From: Octopus sinensis
Lineage: Eukaryota
Direction of reading: 5' to 3'
Assembly (NCBI RefSeq): GCF_006345805.1
Contig: NW_021835661.1
Span: forward strand, 1 to 25,901
DNA: 25,901 nucleotides
Shown one piece after another: positions 1 to 12,909 of this stretch (position 1 is its first letter; every line of letters starts with the position of its first letter). Both the position numbers and the translations under genes were made by a program. Below the pieces are notes generated by a model. The model was not told where the DNA came from. It did no database searches and was given only the letters and a program-made list of their open reading frames with translations.

Positions 1-388
1 AACCCAATTCTGATGAATAAAGATAGCATGCTCATTAAAAAAATACACAACCGCAACAAATATCCAATAATAACACATTAGAAAGAGAAAAATACAATTT
101 TTCACGAGAAACGACCAGACACAACAGATATTATTCGAAAAATTTAAGTAACAGTCCCTCAACCAGGACTCGAAACACCAACTCTAAATTATTATACAAT
201 AACACCACATATTTCTCAAACACCAGTTACTAATGTCATCTCAGACATGACCAATGAAATTTTCCCTCCGTTCGGAACCGGACCCTCAGAAAAAAATATG
301 CGCGGAGTAAAGTAGATATAAGAGGAATCCGGGTGAGCCGGAAATTAAATATCATTATGATGTATATTATATACAGTTATTGTACAGT

Positions 389-428
<40 letters not shown>

Positions 429-429
<1 letters not shown>

Positions 430-1722
430 GAGGGGCGTTCAATAAGTAATGCCCCTGACCCACTTCCCATAGCAGTAGAGCAACGAAACTTGGCACAGTT
501 ATTAGTCTGTTTCTACATAGGAACCACCCAGAGTTACGCATTTCTCCATTGTTTGATGCAGCTCTGGAGACCGTTTTTGTAGAAGACCCCAGCTTGGTCC
601 TCCAACCTCAAGGGACTTCAGAAATCAAGGCTGGATATCATCTGGGAAACGCTTTCCTTTCAAAACAACTTCATGATGGGGAGGGAAGAGGTGAAAATCA
701 GAGGGTGCAAGGTCAGAAAAGTAGTGGGATGGGGGAGGAGTTCATAGCCATACGCCTGTGCTTCTGATCTGGCGACAAGCGAGTTGTGGACCGGAGCGTT
801 GTCCTGCAGGAGGAGGATGCCTTTGCTGATCTTGCCCCGCCTCTTGATTTTGATAACTTCTCTTAATTTCCTCAAAAGTGAAGCATAATAGGCTCCTGCA
901 ATTGTGGTACCCTTTGCCAGGAAATCTGTCATCACTACTTCGTCCTGGTCCCAGAAGACTGTGAGCATGACCTTGCCAGCGGAGGGCTGCACCCTTGCCT
1001 TCGTTGGAGGGGGTGAGTCACGGTGCTTCCACTGCATTGACTGGGCTTTGGTCTCTGGATCATCGTGATGGACCCAGGGTTTCATCCTGTGTAATCAGTC
1101 TTTTGAAAAATTTTGACTCATCTTCTTGGCACATCTCCAAATTCACCCTCGAGCACTCGACGCGTTCTTGCTTCTGGAAAGGTGTGAGCAACCTGGGAAT
1201 CCATCTGGCAGACACCTTTTGCATATGCAAATGGTCATGAATGATAGTTTCCACAGACCCGGTACTAATCTTGACCTCATGGGCTATTTGGCGAATAATT
1301 ATGCGTCGATCTTCCAAAATGGCAGCCTCAACTTGACGGACAGATGCCTCATCAATGGCAGAAGGGGCAACCAGATCTAGGAGCTGTTTCCACAGAGTTC
1401 CGACCATGTTTGAATTCACGATGCCAGCGTTTTACAAGGTCATATGATGGGGCATCATCACCATAAGTTACTTTCATTTCATCAAAAGTCTCCCGTGGTG
1501 TGCGTCCTTTCAAATACAAAAACCGGATCACTGCTCGACACTCAACAGGCTCCATTTCACACTTGACTCGGTTCAAACACCTATAAATCAGAAACCACAA
1601 TTAATTCAGAGCTGTAATTTGCCACTTACTCTATAGAGATATAAATGATTGCACATGCAAAATTTCAGCTAGATCAAACAACTGCAAGTGGGTCAGAGGC
1701 ATTACCTATTGAACGTCCCTCG
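429..1722 (-). mobile_element. Full-length mariner (Tc1/mariner, DD34D) DNA transposon, 1294 bp
   Basis: 37-bp TIRs: cgaggggcgttcaataagtaatgcccctgacccactt (429-465) versus the reverse complement of 1686-1722, with 3 mismatches. TA on both sides (427-428, 1723-1724). Internal transposase on the minus strand. Confidence 0.95.
502..1555 (-). pseudogene. Frameshifted mariner transposase (~350 codons)
   Basis: N-terminal HTH region MEPVECRAVIRFLYLKG...W...FK.GR.S. Motifs SARWIPRLL, ITQDET/WVHH, LLQDNAPVH and, after a small indel, DLAPSDF, giving D-34-D spacing. Split over ORFs 1352-1600, 1060-1419 and 660-1085. Confidence 0.92.
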
Positions 1723-1794
1723 TATATTACCACTTTTACCCCTCCGCAAAAAATCTCAAATTTTATTTAATTTGATTTGCGGGAAGGACCGTTT

Positions 1795-2110
1795 CACAGA
1801 AGTCGTGTCTCGCCTTTACCTTCGAAACACGGAGTAGACGAAACGGAGGTGGCTGAAGAAGGGGAATTTTCCTTGTGTTGTATGTCTTGTACCCTGTTTT
1901 GTCGTTGTTTAAAAAAATGTCCGTTTCCATGGTTCTGTTTTTATGTTTTCGTTTCTCATTGTGTTCGACGTTTTTTGGTGCCCTGTACTTATATATGCAT
2001 GTATATATACATATAGATGAAGGTACGTACATATATGTATGTACATATGCATATGTTTCATTTATTATTTTGTTATTATATGATGAAACACCACGCATCC
2101 TCTTCCAAGT
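1795..2110. repeat. Dispersed repeat, copy 1 (homologous to 5093-5420 in the opposite orientation)
   Basis: Segments such as ggagtaga, ttttatgttttcgtttctcattgtgttc and cacgcatc..ttccaagt recur as reverse complements at 5093-5420. Confidence 0.75.
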
Positions 2111-2606
2111 AAGTTTTATCTTAATAATTATGATGCGCACTCTTAACCTTACTGTCTCTATTTTTCTAACCTTACTGACCCCTCTCGCTCATTCTTCATT
2201 CTTTCTGGTTTTCTCTACCATTCTCTCCCTTTCACCGTTCCCTTTCTCTTATTCCTCCTCCTCCTCCCTCTCGTCGCTGACATGTGACCAGAGTCTTTCT
2301 GTCTTTCTGACCACAGCCTTCAACAAGTATAGATGGCATCCTATCCCTTTCTTATACCGTTGTTCTCACGCGTTTAAAATAATTTTTCTTTCGTTCGGCT
2401 TAACAGCCCTTATATGTATATATATATATATATATATTAATAGTTATCGCCAAGCTAATATGGTAGTCCATAAATATAAGACTAAAGCTGTCGTTGATTA
2501 GCTCCAAGAGGCCATCGCCTCCAGCTAGCTATATGACACACGAACCTGTGTCCATTATAACCTTCGAACAGGGGAGGTCAGCCGCTTCCCCTTGCTGGTC
2601 AGACAT

Positions 2607-2647
2607 CTGCAGATATGTTTCTGGGTATTTGCCCTTTATCAATGCAG
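2607..2647 (-). ncRNA. Minimal type I hammerhead ribozyme A1 (probably impaired copy)
   Basis: Minus strand reads ctgca TTGATAA aggg caaata ccca GAAA catatc tgcag. It has an A-A mismatch at the base of stem II and the stem III palindrome is broken (ACATAT). Confidence 0.7.
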
Positions 2648-2996
2648 AATAGCCAGACCTAGCAGGCGTCGCTACTAACCGTCTGTTCGAAGGATTATTT
2701 ACCTAATTTCAGTGGAATACATCCACTGGTTTTCAAAAATAGAAATATTAAAATTTCTAAGTCTCTCTAAGGGAGACTACGGCAGCGGTACTGGATATTA
2801 ATAGTTATCGCCAAGCTAATATAGCAGTCCATAAATATAAGACTAAAGCTGCCGTTGATTAGCTCCAAGAGGCCATCGCCTCCTTAGAAATTTTAATATT
2901 TCTATTTTTGAAAACCAGTGGATGAATTCCATTGAAATTAGATAAATAATCCTTCGAACAGACGGTTAGTAGCGACGCCTGCTGGGTCTGGCTACT

Positions 2997-3037
2997 CTGC
3001 ATTGATAAAGGGCAAATACCCTGAAACATGTCTGCAG
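2997..3037 (+). ncRNA. Minimal type I hammerhead ribozyme A2 (U3-A8 core variant), predicted cleavage after GUC at 3032
   Basis: ctgca TTGATAA aggg caaata ccct GAAA catGTC tgcag: 5-bp stem I, 4-bp stem II and palindromic ACATGT stem III. Confidence 0.85.
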
Positions 3038-4749
3038 ATGTCTGACCAGCAAGGGGAAGCGGCTGACCTCCCCTGTTCGAAGGTTATAATGGACACAGGT
3101 TCGTGTGTCATATAGCTAGCTGGAGGCGATGGCCTCTTGGAGCTAATCAACGGCAGCTTTAGTCTTATATTTATGGACTGCCATATTAGCTTGGCGATAA
3201 CTATTAATATCCAGTATCGCTGCCGTAGTCTCCCTTAGAGAGACTTAGAAATTTTAATATTTATATATATATATATATATTATTTACTTATTTATTAGGG
3301 AATAAAAATCCCGGCATTACAGGGGTTCAAATTATTCTCAATGAGGAAATATACATGTTATTTAGAGATAGTAGTCCCCTTCATCCCACCATATAAAAGA
3401 ATTTTAATTTAATACTTACTACTCATTTCTCTGCTATACGTGTTTCTTGAGGTTCTTTTACGGTTCCTTAAGCACGCAGTGTTTTACAGGAACCTTTCTT
3501 AAAATGTAACCCCAATTATCAGGCCTCTAAATAACATTATCATAGTTCGATACCAAATACTATATTTTAATTTTAACAGATAAGTATGTGTAAACAGGTT
3601 CACTGGACCTTACTGTGCAAGCCATAATTCAAATCAAATAAAATTAATAAAAATGAAAATATTAAAAAAAATGTTTAATTTACAAAACTAAATTCTCACG
3701 TAACTTATGAATGTAAACATTCATATAAAATTAATAATATGTAGGGATAAAAATAAAATATATACTTGTGATGATATAATAATGAAAGCAATGCCAAATT
3801 CATCAAGCACAAATCACACACACGCACACACACACATACATACACACACAAACGCTCACAAACACACACATATTTACATATATATGTATGTATGTATACA
3901 TAGGTATAAGTTAGAGGTGTTTAAAACCTCTAAGAGATAGTTAAATCCAAAGGCGCTCCTAGTGATTACCTGCGTAGGTATAGTCCTTGGTAAAAGGTAT
4001 ACGGTGATAGGTAATTCGGCGGGTAAAACGTAGTTTAAATTATATGCAAGAAGAAAATGGAGCCCCATTTTCAGCAAGAGCTAGAGTTAACCCCCTTCCT
4101 TTACACCGCTGTTGAAAAGTTTAGCCAGAATAAACACGTGGAAAATATGCGCTTACTTAAACTTGGACTACAGATCAAAATAACCTCCATCTTACATCCA
4201 CTTGACACACACCTATGATATCATGGCGTTTGAATGTTAATATTAAGTTAAAGCTGTCTTGAAACAGCTCTTGAGATAAAACTTTACATGAGTCTTATTT
4301 TCTGCTTTGTTTTATTTTGTCTCTCCTCCTAAAACTAGAAACCCTTAAGTCTTATTCTAGCATAATTACACCACCAATGGAGACAATGGTGCAATATCAA
4401 TATCAATATATGTAATAACAGAAACATCAAAATCATCATAACCGTTGAACCTTTTCACAAGTTCAACAATACAAGAATGAAGAATAACTCAGAATAAGAA
4501 GAATCCAGAATATATAAACCATTCACAGACAACAAGTATATCAATCACATATTCCCATCATCAGCTGCCGAACAGATACCATTATGGTTTCAACAGCTGG
4601 GTAGCACCATTCAGTCAAGTGATGTCAGCAGCTTAAGAATTCATAGAGAGGTAGCAAGAGCGAAACATTAGTGTAATTTACACCAGCAATATATTACAAA
4701 TACTAACATCGAATATAAACAAAATCGTATTAAACCTTAAAAGTGATAT

Positions 4750-4992
4750 ATTATATCAATGAATATATATTTGATATATGTATATATAATATATATATAT
4801 GTACGTATTATGTATGTATGTATCTATGTTTGTATATATGTATGTATGTAAGTATGCATACATACATACATACATACTATATATATTTACATATATATAG
4901 ATATACATATATACATATATATTATATACATATATATTTACATAATATATATATACATATATACATATATATATATATACAATATATATATA

Positions 4993-5023
<31 letters not shown>

Positions 5024-5031
5024 CTATATAT

Positions 5032-5092
<61 letters not shown>
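4750..5092. repeat. Compound (TA)n/(TACA)n microsatellite
   Basis: Read directly from the sequence. Confidence 0.95.
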
Positions 5093-5094
<2 letters not shown>

Positions 5095-5420
5095 CTTGGA
5101 AAAAGATGCGTGGCTTTCGATCATATAATAATATAAATAATATATAAATATATGCATATATACATACACATATGTACATACCTACATATATATGATAGTA
5201 CAATGCATATATGGGTACAGGACATAAAAAAACGTTGAACACAATGAGAAACGAAACATAAAAACAAAAACATAGAAACGAACTATTTTTCGAACAACGA
5301 AAAAAATCAAACAGAGAAACGAGACATACAACATAAAGAATATTCCCTTTCTTAAGTTTTCCCTATTTCATCTACTCCGCGTTCCGATGGCAAAGACAAG
5401 ACGCGACTTTTTTCTGAAAG
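5093..5420. repeat. Dispersed repeat, copy 2 (inverted relative to 1795-2110)
   Basis: Reverse-complement similarity to 1795-2110 along its length. Confidence 0.75.
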
Positions 5421-5757
5421 TTATGAGGAAATAAAGTTGGCGATAAGGGCACAATTGAGTAGGTATGCTGTAGTAGTCGACATGGCGAGATTTCAGTAGT
5501 AAATGGCTTTTAAGTTTTAATATTAGCTTACTTATGACATTATCGAATGTCAAACTTTGTGTTACTCATGTAAAATGTCTGTTGATAATAACACTTTTGC
5601 TTTTGATATCTGGAATAAAGACAGACCAGTCACAAAGCATGCGAAAAGTGCTTGTCGCGTAATACTTTTTGCCTACTTTATCATGATAAATGGTTAAACA
5701 ATTGAACGAGAAGTACAAAATGATGTTACGTCAACTAGGGCGAACAAGCAGCAAATA

Positions 5758-5900
5758 GAGCGGAAACAAGAGTGCTTGAAAATTATTATCTAAACTCTGT
5801 TGTTCACTCCCCTACAAAACAGCTCAACGAGGTCATATAGCTGACCGCAATGATTTAGGTGAAGTTTTCGATATTAACTGTGCTAACTTTCTAGATATTC
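5758..5900 (+). pseudogene. Highly degraded hAT transposase fragment (ZMYM1/DUF4371-like)
   Basis: Manual translation across a stop and a frameshift gives RKQECLKIII*TLLF...QRGH....NCANFLDI. This resembles the LF..RQ..A.RGH...N.GNFL pattern of this group. Confidence 0.35.
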
Positions 5901-6195
5901 CATCACTAAGAGAAAAAAAAATCAGAAAAATCAGGTAAATGCCCAAATGCAGTGGCTTGCACATGTTTAAAACGAAATTTTTGATATCACGACCGAGGTT
6001 CGTTCAGACAGTTTCCTAGTTTGCTGTAGCCATTTTCATTTTTTCTTTACTTTTCTCTTTCTTGTTTTTTTTTTTTTTGCTGTTATAACATCCACAGTCT
6101 TTCTCTGGGGGTATTTGCTGAAGCTGTCTGTTTGACAGTATCATTTTTCGCTCAACCAATCCAATTAAGAAGTCAACATCGCATATGATATTCAG

Positions 6196-6290
6196 GCGAG
6201 CTGGCAGAAACGTTAGCACGCCGGGCAAAATGCTTAGCGGTATTTCGTCTGTCTTTACGTTCTGAGTTCAAATTCCAGGTGCAGTTAATA
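6196..6290 (+). mobile_element. Truncated tRNA-derived SINE (head only)
   Basis: ggcgagctggcagaaacgttagcacgccggg...gagttcaaattcc, matching the head of the 7087-7298 SINE, with A-box and B-box like motifs. Confidence 0.85.
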
Positions 6291-6507
6291 TGCGGTGTTT
6301 ATAGAGGTTTGGCAGCAAGAATAAAAGAATGTCTTCTGCTTGCCATTTATATACATTGATATAGGTACTTTCTGAATCCAAGACACAACTAAAAAATACT
6401 GAATCATGTCGCAATACCCTAGGAACTATTCAGAGCTTCTACAACTTTCTCCAGGTCAGTTCCAAACGACATACTCCCCCCCATCTCTCTCTCTTTCCTT
6501 CTTTCTC

Positions 6508-6540
<33 letters not shown>

Positions 6541-7086
6541 TCTCTCTCTCTTCTCTGACTCTCTGAAAGCATCACTTGTGACAGAGAACAAATCTCATAG
6601 ACACTAAAATTTCAAAGTGTAACGGGATGGTCTTGTATGCATGTGTGTGTGTGTGTTTGTGTGGATAGGTCGATACATAGACAGATAATAAGTAGACTGA
6701 CAGATATGAAGACGCCATGATAAAGCAAACCTCAAACTTCAAAGTATTTCTACGGCCATTGTTCCATCAAAACCTTTAAACGGGTCACCCAATTTTCTTC
6801 CCAGGTTCATCGTTTCTCTGTTGAAGTTACTGTTAGTCATAAGTCCTTTTATTCCAGTAGCTTTTTTCCTCAAACTGCTGCTCTCTAGAACTCATAACCA
6901 TCGTATTTTTTTTTTTTTTACTTCTGGTCTGATATTCAGTCCTCTAAGTTTCCTATTAATCGACATCTTTTGAATTTGTAGACTCACTCTTTTTTTTTTT
7001 TCCTTCTCGTTCCTTACACCATTGTGACTTCATGCCTGTTTAGAACATATTCGTTCCAAGAAAGAGAAACAGATATAGGAAGCAGT

Positions 7087-7298
7087 GGCGAGCTGGCAGA
7101 ACCGTTAGCACGCCGGGCGAAATGCGTAGCCGTATTTCGTCTGCCGTTACGTTCTGAGTTCAAATTCCGCCGAGGTCGACTTTGCCTTTCATCCTTTCGG
7201 GATCGATAAATTAAGTATCAGTTACGCACTGGGGTCGACTTAATCCGTTTGTCTGTTCTTGTTTGTCCCCTCTATGTTTAGCCCCTTGTGGGTAATAA
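7087..7298 (+). mobile_element. Full-length tRNA-derived SINE with 23-bp target-site duplication
   Basis: A box tggcagaaccgttagc, B box gagttcaaattcc. TSD agaaacagatat(a/c)ggaagcagtg at 7065-7087 and 7299-7321. Confidence 0.9.
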
Positions 7299-7486
7299 AG
7301 AAACAGATATCGGAAGCAGTGCTTTATTGAATACTATATACGACTTTGGCATTTGAATTGCTGAATTGGATTGGTTGAGCTAAAATGATAGTCAAACACA
7401 CACAATCACAGAAGATGCTTCCAGAGAAAGACTGTAGATATTATAACTATAAAGACAGTCATAGCAACCAAAAAAAAAAATCTTTT

Positions 7487-7680
7487 ATCTTTTACTTGTT
7501 TCAGTCATTGGACTGCGGCCATGCTGGGGCACCGCCTTGAAGGGTTTAGTCGAACAAATCCACTCCAGTACTCGTTTTTTCTCTAAGCCTCGTATTTATT
7601 CTATAGGTTACTTTTTACCGAACCGCTCAGTTACGGAAACGTAAACGAACCAACATTAGTTGTTAAGCGGTGATGGACAT
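7487..7680 (-). mobile_element. SINE-like dispersed repeat fragment
   Basis: tttacttgtttcagtcattggactgcggccatgctggggcaccgcc is a repeat end I recognise from octopus-type genomes. This is recall only and was not searched. Confidence 0.55.
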
Positions 7681-8292
7681 GCGCGCGCACGCACGCACAC
7701 ACGCACACATACACAAACACACACACACACATATGTATGCTTATATATGTCACATCGCTCTTGGGCGCTACTGGTAACTAGTAACCCAATACAACCTGTT
7801 GCATGATTGGATTGTCGGCGACTAAACTGGATCTCATCAAGCTTGCTTGTTGAGGAGGGTAATTGTTAGACACCCTGCAGGACGAAAAATAAGACCTGTC
7901 AATAGGCGGAAGAGCTCATGTGCAGTCAACGGCCATCCAACAATGTGTGTATGTATGCGTGGGGACGTGGAAATACCTGGGTTGGTGTCCAGGTGCACAT
8001 CTGGCCCACAGGGATTGGGAAGCCCCTCTATTGTTATCACACCATCTCCCTAGGAGAAGGAAACTCTGAGAGAAAACCTGCGACACTGACAATATTCGAT
8101 GATGTAGACAAGTTCTTCTTTTTGAGTTTATGTTGTCCATATTCAGAGAGTGGGACTGGATTTGTGCAAATCCTTTCCCCACTACATAAATCATCACGCA
8201 CAGGCATCGCTTGAAAAAACTAAGATCTATCACAAAAACGGTTGGATGTAGCCTTCGTATGTATGGGTCTTTCGATCAAACACGAGTTTGCA

Positions 8293-9700
<1,408 letters not shown>

Positions 9701-9750
9701 CATATATATATATAATATATATATTATATATATATATATATATATATCAG

Positions 9751-9785
9751 GCAGTGGAACTGAACCCGGAACAATATGGTTGGGC
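9751..9785 (-). mobile_element. Short SINE fragment (same family as 16096-16250)
   Basis: gcagtggaactgaacccggaacaatatggttggg is approximately the reverse complement of 16130-16165. Confidence 0.6.
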
Positions 9786-9939
9786 TGAAAAGCTAGGTGA
9801 ACGTATCAATGAAATCGTCTAAGAGTTCCAAAAGGAAAAGAAAAAATACCTATTCCATTAATAGCACGCCCTACTCGGTGACTCAACGACGGAAGAGCCA
9901 CTGGGTCAAACTAAACTACCAAAAGTTTCCTATTGCAAT

Positions 9940-10330
9940 TATTTCAGTCATTTCTGTTACGACAAGGTCATTGAGGATATGAAACGACGATTTAATGGTG
10001 ACAACATAGACCTGCTTTGTACACTCGGCTACATTACCCTAAATCTTAATAGATTAAATGACTCAGACGAGTGCAGTTAAACTGTTTCACGACAAATGGT
10101 GTTGAACCAGATCTTCTAAAACCAGAAATGGTAATCTATACAAAGTTTGTTTTTGACCATATCTACCCATCACTTTCACAGGCAACTGCAATTGGTGATA
10201 CTGAAACAGTTTATAAGAATAATATTCGTGGCATACTACCAATCTTCATGAAAATCGAGCATTCTTGCTACATCATGTCATGTAGAGAATCCCTTCAGAT
10301 GAATGGAGATTATCAGAGGAGTAAAGTGGG
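9940..10330 (+). pseudogene. Degraded C-terminal hAT transposase fragment, possibly from the same old element as 5758-5900
   Basis: DKVIEDMKRRF at 9961-9993 resembles the D.II.EL..RF motif of hAT transposases. The remainder is heavily decayed. Confidence 0.3.
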
Positions 10331-10359
10331 TCGAACATAACTAAAACGGTGGAACTGTT

Positions 10360-10556
10360 GGTTACAAATTTTGGCACAAGGCCAGCAATTTCGAAGGAGA
10401 CGTTAAGTCGATTACATTGTTCAGCTGGTACTTATTTTACCGACCCCGAAAGGCTGAAAGTCGACCTCGGCAGCATTTGAACTCAGAACGTGAAGTCGGA
10501 AGAAATACCGTTAAACACTTTTCCCGGCACAGTAATGAACCTGCCAGCTCGCCGCC
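10360..10556 (-). mobile_element. tRNA-derived SINE
   Basis: Reverse-complement homology to the 7087-7298 family (gtcgacctcggc...tttgaactcagaacgt...gccagctcgcc). Confidence 0.85.
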
Positions 10557-10569
10557 CTAAGGAAATACT

Positions 10570-10796
10570 GGTTTCAAATTTTAGCACAAGGTCAGCAAGT
10601 TCGTGGATGTGGGGTAAGTCGATTACATCGAATCCCAGTGCTCAACTGGTACTTATTTTATCAATCCCGAAAGGATGACAGACAAAGTCGACCTCGGCGG
10701 AATTTGAACTCTGCAGAATTTTAACTCGGCATTTGAACTAAGCATTTGAACTAAGCATTTTGCCCAGAGTGCTAACGATTTTGCCAGCTCGCCTCC
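10570..10796 (-). mobile_element. tRNA-derived SINE with 11-bp target-site duplication
   Basis: Same family. aaggaaatact at 10559-10569 and 10801-10811. Confidence 0.85.
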
Positions 10797-11039
10797 TTAA
10801 AAGGAAATACTAAATATAAAAAGAAACTTTGCCAAGATGACTTTTGGCAAAAATGTCGATGACATAACCCCCCCACACACACACACACAACATACACGCA
10901 TATACATATATGTACGTGCTGAAGTACGTATTATGCGTAAATGATTTGTGTATATACACCTTGATACATATAAATTATTTATAAGCATGTGTTCATATGC
11001 AAGTATGTGTGTATACATAAATATATACATACATGCATG

Positions 11040-11128
11040 CGTACATACATACATACATACATACATACATACATACATACATACATACATACATACATAC
11101 ATACGTACGTACGTACGTACGTACGTAC
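11040..11128. repeat. (TACA)n then (TACG)n microsatellite
   Basis: Read directly from the sequence. Confidence 0.95.
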
Positions 11129-11529
11129 ATCGTAGACAAGTATAACCATTACTGGAATATGTTCACTTGTGAGAGAATGCCAATCTGTTGAGTGGCCTTT
11201 CTTAGGGTGCAGACTAAGATATCAAAGTGCGTAGCAGCAGCGCAGTCTCAGATTGTAGAAATCACTTGAACTTTGTAGGGTTTCATCAAATCTGTTTTCT
11301 TTTTTTGTGCGGCGTGAACGAGATAGCTGAAATATTGTCTGGCCATGAAGTGAAGGGCAAGTCTTTGGAATATGGTGGTCGTTATGCCAAGGATGTGCTT
11401 TTGTGTCATATTTGGAGTGATTGTGAGGGCCCTAGCTGAGTGTCGCTCATGTTTAGAGGTGGATGTAGTGTGGTGGTGCTTTCTTCATATGAATAGTGCA
11501 CCCCTTTTCTTTGGGGGTTTGCTAAAAGA

Positions 11530-11640
11530 CACAGAGTTGGCGTAGGTTCGAAGCGTCAAAGACTTTTCCATTTTTCCCGAACGTCAAATTAATACACCTG
11601 CTTGTTGTTCCCTTACCTGTTTGTCTTTGTTTTTTTGTCT
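11530..11640 (+). repeat. Diverged copy of the Penelope-pLTR-like repeat at 12910-13100, opposite orientation
   Basis: gcgtaggttcgaagcgtcaaagactttt...taatacacctgcttgttgtt matches the reverse complement of 12950-13020. Confidence 0.55.
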
Positions 11641-11869
11641 ACATTTATGTGCGCGCGCGTGTGTGTACAGTGGTGAGCACGATTCCGCTAATCGGCTAAC
11701 AGTTAATTAGCCCGAAGCTAACTATTCTTTTAGTGGATTAGCGTTTTTGCTAATTTTGCGAACCGTTAGCAGACCAATTAGTTTCTGCTAACTTTAAGTC
11801 TGCTAACAAAATTTCTATGTTTGTTTCTGTCTGTTGTGGGCGTGTCTCGAAGAATCCGCCAGGTACGCT

Positions 11870-11908
11870 ATTGGCTGACTACGTGTACACGTGACAAGAC
11901 GTGATTGG
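11870..11908 (+). promoter_or_regulatory. Candidate transposase promoter: two inverted CCAAT boxes plus an E-box
   Basis: ATTGG at 11870 and 11904 and CACGTG at 11888, about 150-180 bp upstream of the ATG at 12053. These short motifs can occur by chance. Confidence 0.3.
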
Positions 11909-12852
11909 TTGACGCAGCATCAGCTAGCTGGGCAGCATTGTGTAATTCTGCAGTTTTGAGCTGTGTTCACTTACGACGTTGTCACATTACCGTCTTACAG
12001 TGTTAGCGACAGCAGTGTACGTGATCGGCTTATCAAGTTGTTGCTTATCGTTATGGAAAGTGATGTTTTTGTTCCGCGTGAGGATGAAGGGTCTGTTGAG
12101 GAGTCTGCAACGGTTGTGGGTGAGATAGAGATCACTCATTTTGAGAGCCAGGAGTCTCAGAACCCGTAGCCCCACATGGAGGACCACTTTATCCTTATGT
12201 AAAAAGATAAGAGGAACGCCAAAATCCTGTACTTCCGGTGCATCATGTGCCAACCCAGAGAGACCACTATCAAGGGGCAAACGGCGAGCCTTTACAACTT
12301 GAAGTCGCATGTCAAGAGGAAACGCCCAGCACATGCCATCCAGTTTGAGGAGAGGATCAAGGCTGGCTGTTTCCGTGGGAAACACAGACAATCTTCTGGT
12401 AGCAGTGACAGTAGCCAGTCGTCACAGCCACGTGCAAGAAAGCATGCCAGCCCAGTATTGGCAAGGCGTTTGCCAAAACTGGTGGCACTGGCATCTCTCA
12501 GTCTATGATAGACAGTAGGGTTGTAGACCTGTTTGTCGACAACATGCTACCGCTGTATGTAGTGGAGTCCTGCACCTTTGTCAACCTGATCAAAATGCTC
12601 AGCAAGACATCGATGTCCCACTCTACCCTGGGCAGGATGATCTTGCCCAGCCATAAACAGCTGGAGATGTGTCTTACTAGGTATTTATAAATAAAAATTA
12701 TACAAGGTTATTAAATTATTATTATGATGTACTTCATAGTTTCTTAATTTAGTTTAATTATTTAATTATTTATTAAAAAATTATTTTCTTAATTAATGTA
12801 ATAAGATGTATAATAGCTAATTGAAATAAAAGTCATAATAAATAATATACGG

Positions 12853-12884
<32 letters not shown>

Positions 12885-12909
12885 ATAATATATATTATAT
12901 ATATATATA

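Larger units (their letters stand above)
2436..3262. mobile_element. Retrozyme-like array A: ~361-bp hammerhead-containing unit, 1.24 units on minus (2436-2883) followed by 1.05 units on plus (2884-3262), flanked by (AT)n
   Basis: tagttatcgcc recurs at 2441 and 2802 (period 361). 2884-3262 is the reverse complement of the unit. Each arm contains one hammerhead motif. Confidence 0.85.

Noticed and set aside
315-350. ccgg-gtgag-ccgg-aaa hairpin as hammerhead stem II
   Set aside because: There is no CUGANGA-like core at the right spacing and no stem I.
1-390. Possible coding or Penelope fragment at the window start, and similarly 3300-4740
   Set aside because: Only short frames without recognisable motifs, so left unassigned.
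1815-1875. gaaac...ctgaaga as a type II hammerhead
   Set aside because: Stem II only pairs by consuming core nucleotides, and I could not build stems I and III.
1875-2501. 208-aa hydrophobic ORF resembling a membrane protein
   Set aside because: It runs through a dispersed repeat, CT-rich low-complexity DNA and the start of array A. It has no recognisable domain.
4743-5242. ORFs of 70-137 aa rich in IYIY/MYVC, also at 8211-8459, 10797-11145 and 16022-16674
   Set aside because: They are translations of (TA)n, (TACA)n and (TATG)n microsatellites, not genes.
11130-11520. Possible Penelope GIY-YIG coding remnant next to the 11530 repeat
   Set aside because: No convincing motif in any frame on manual translation.
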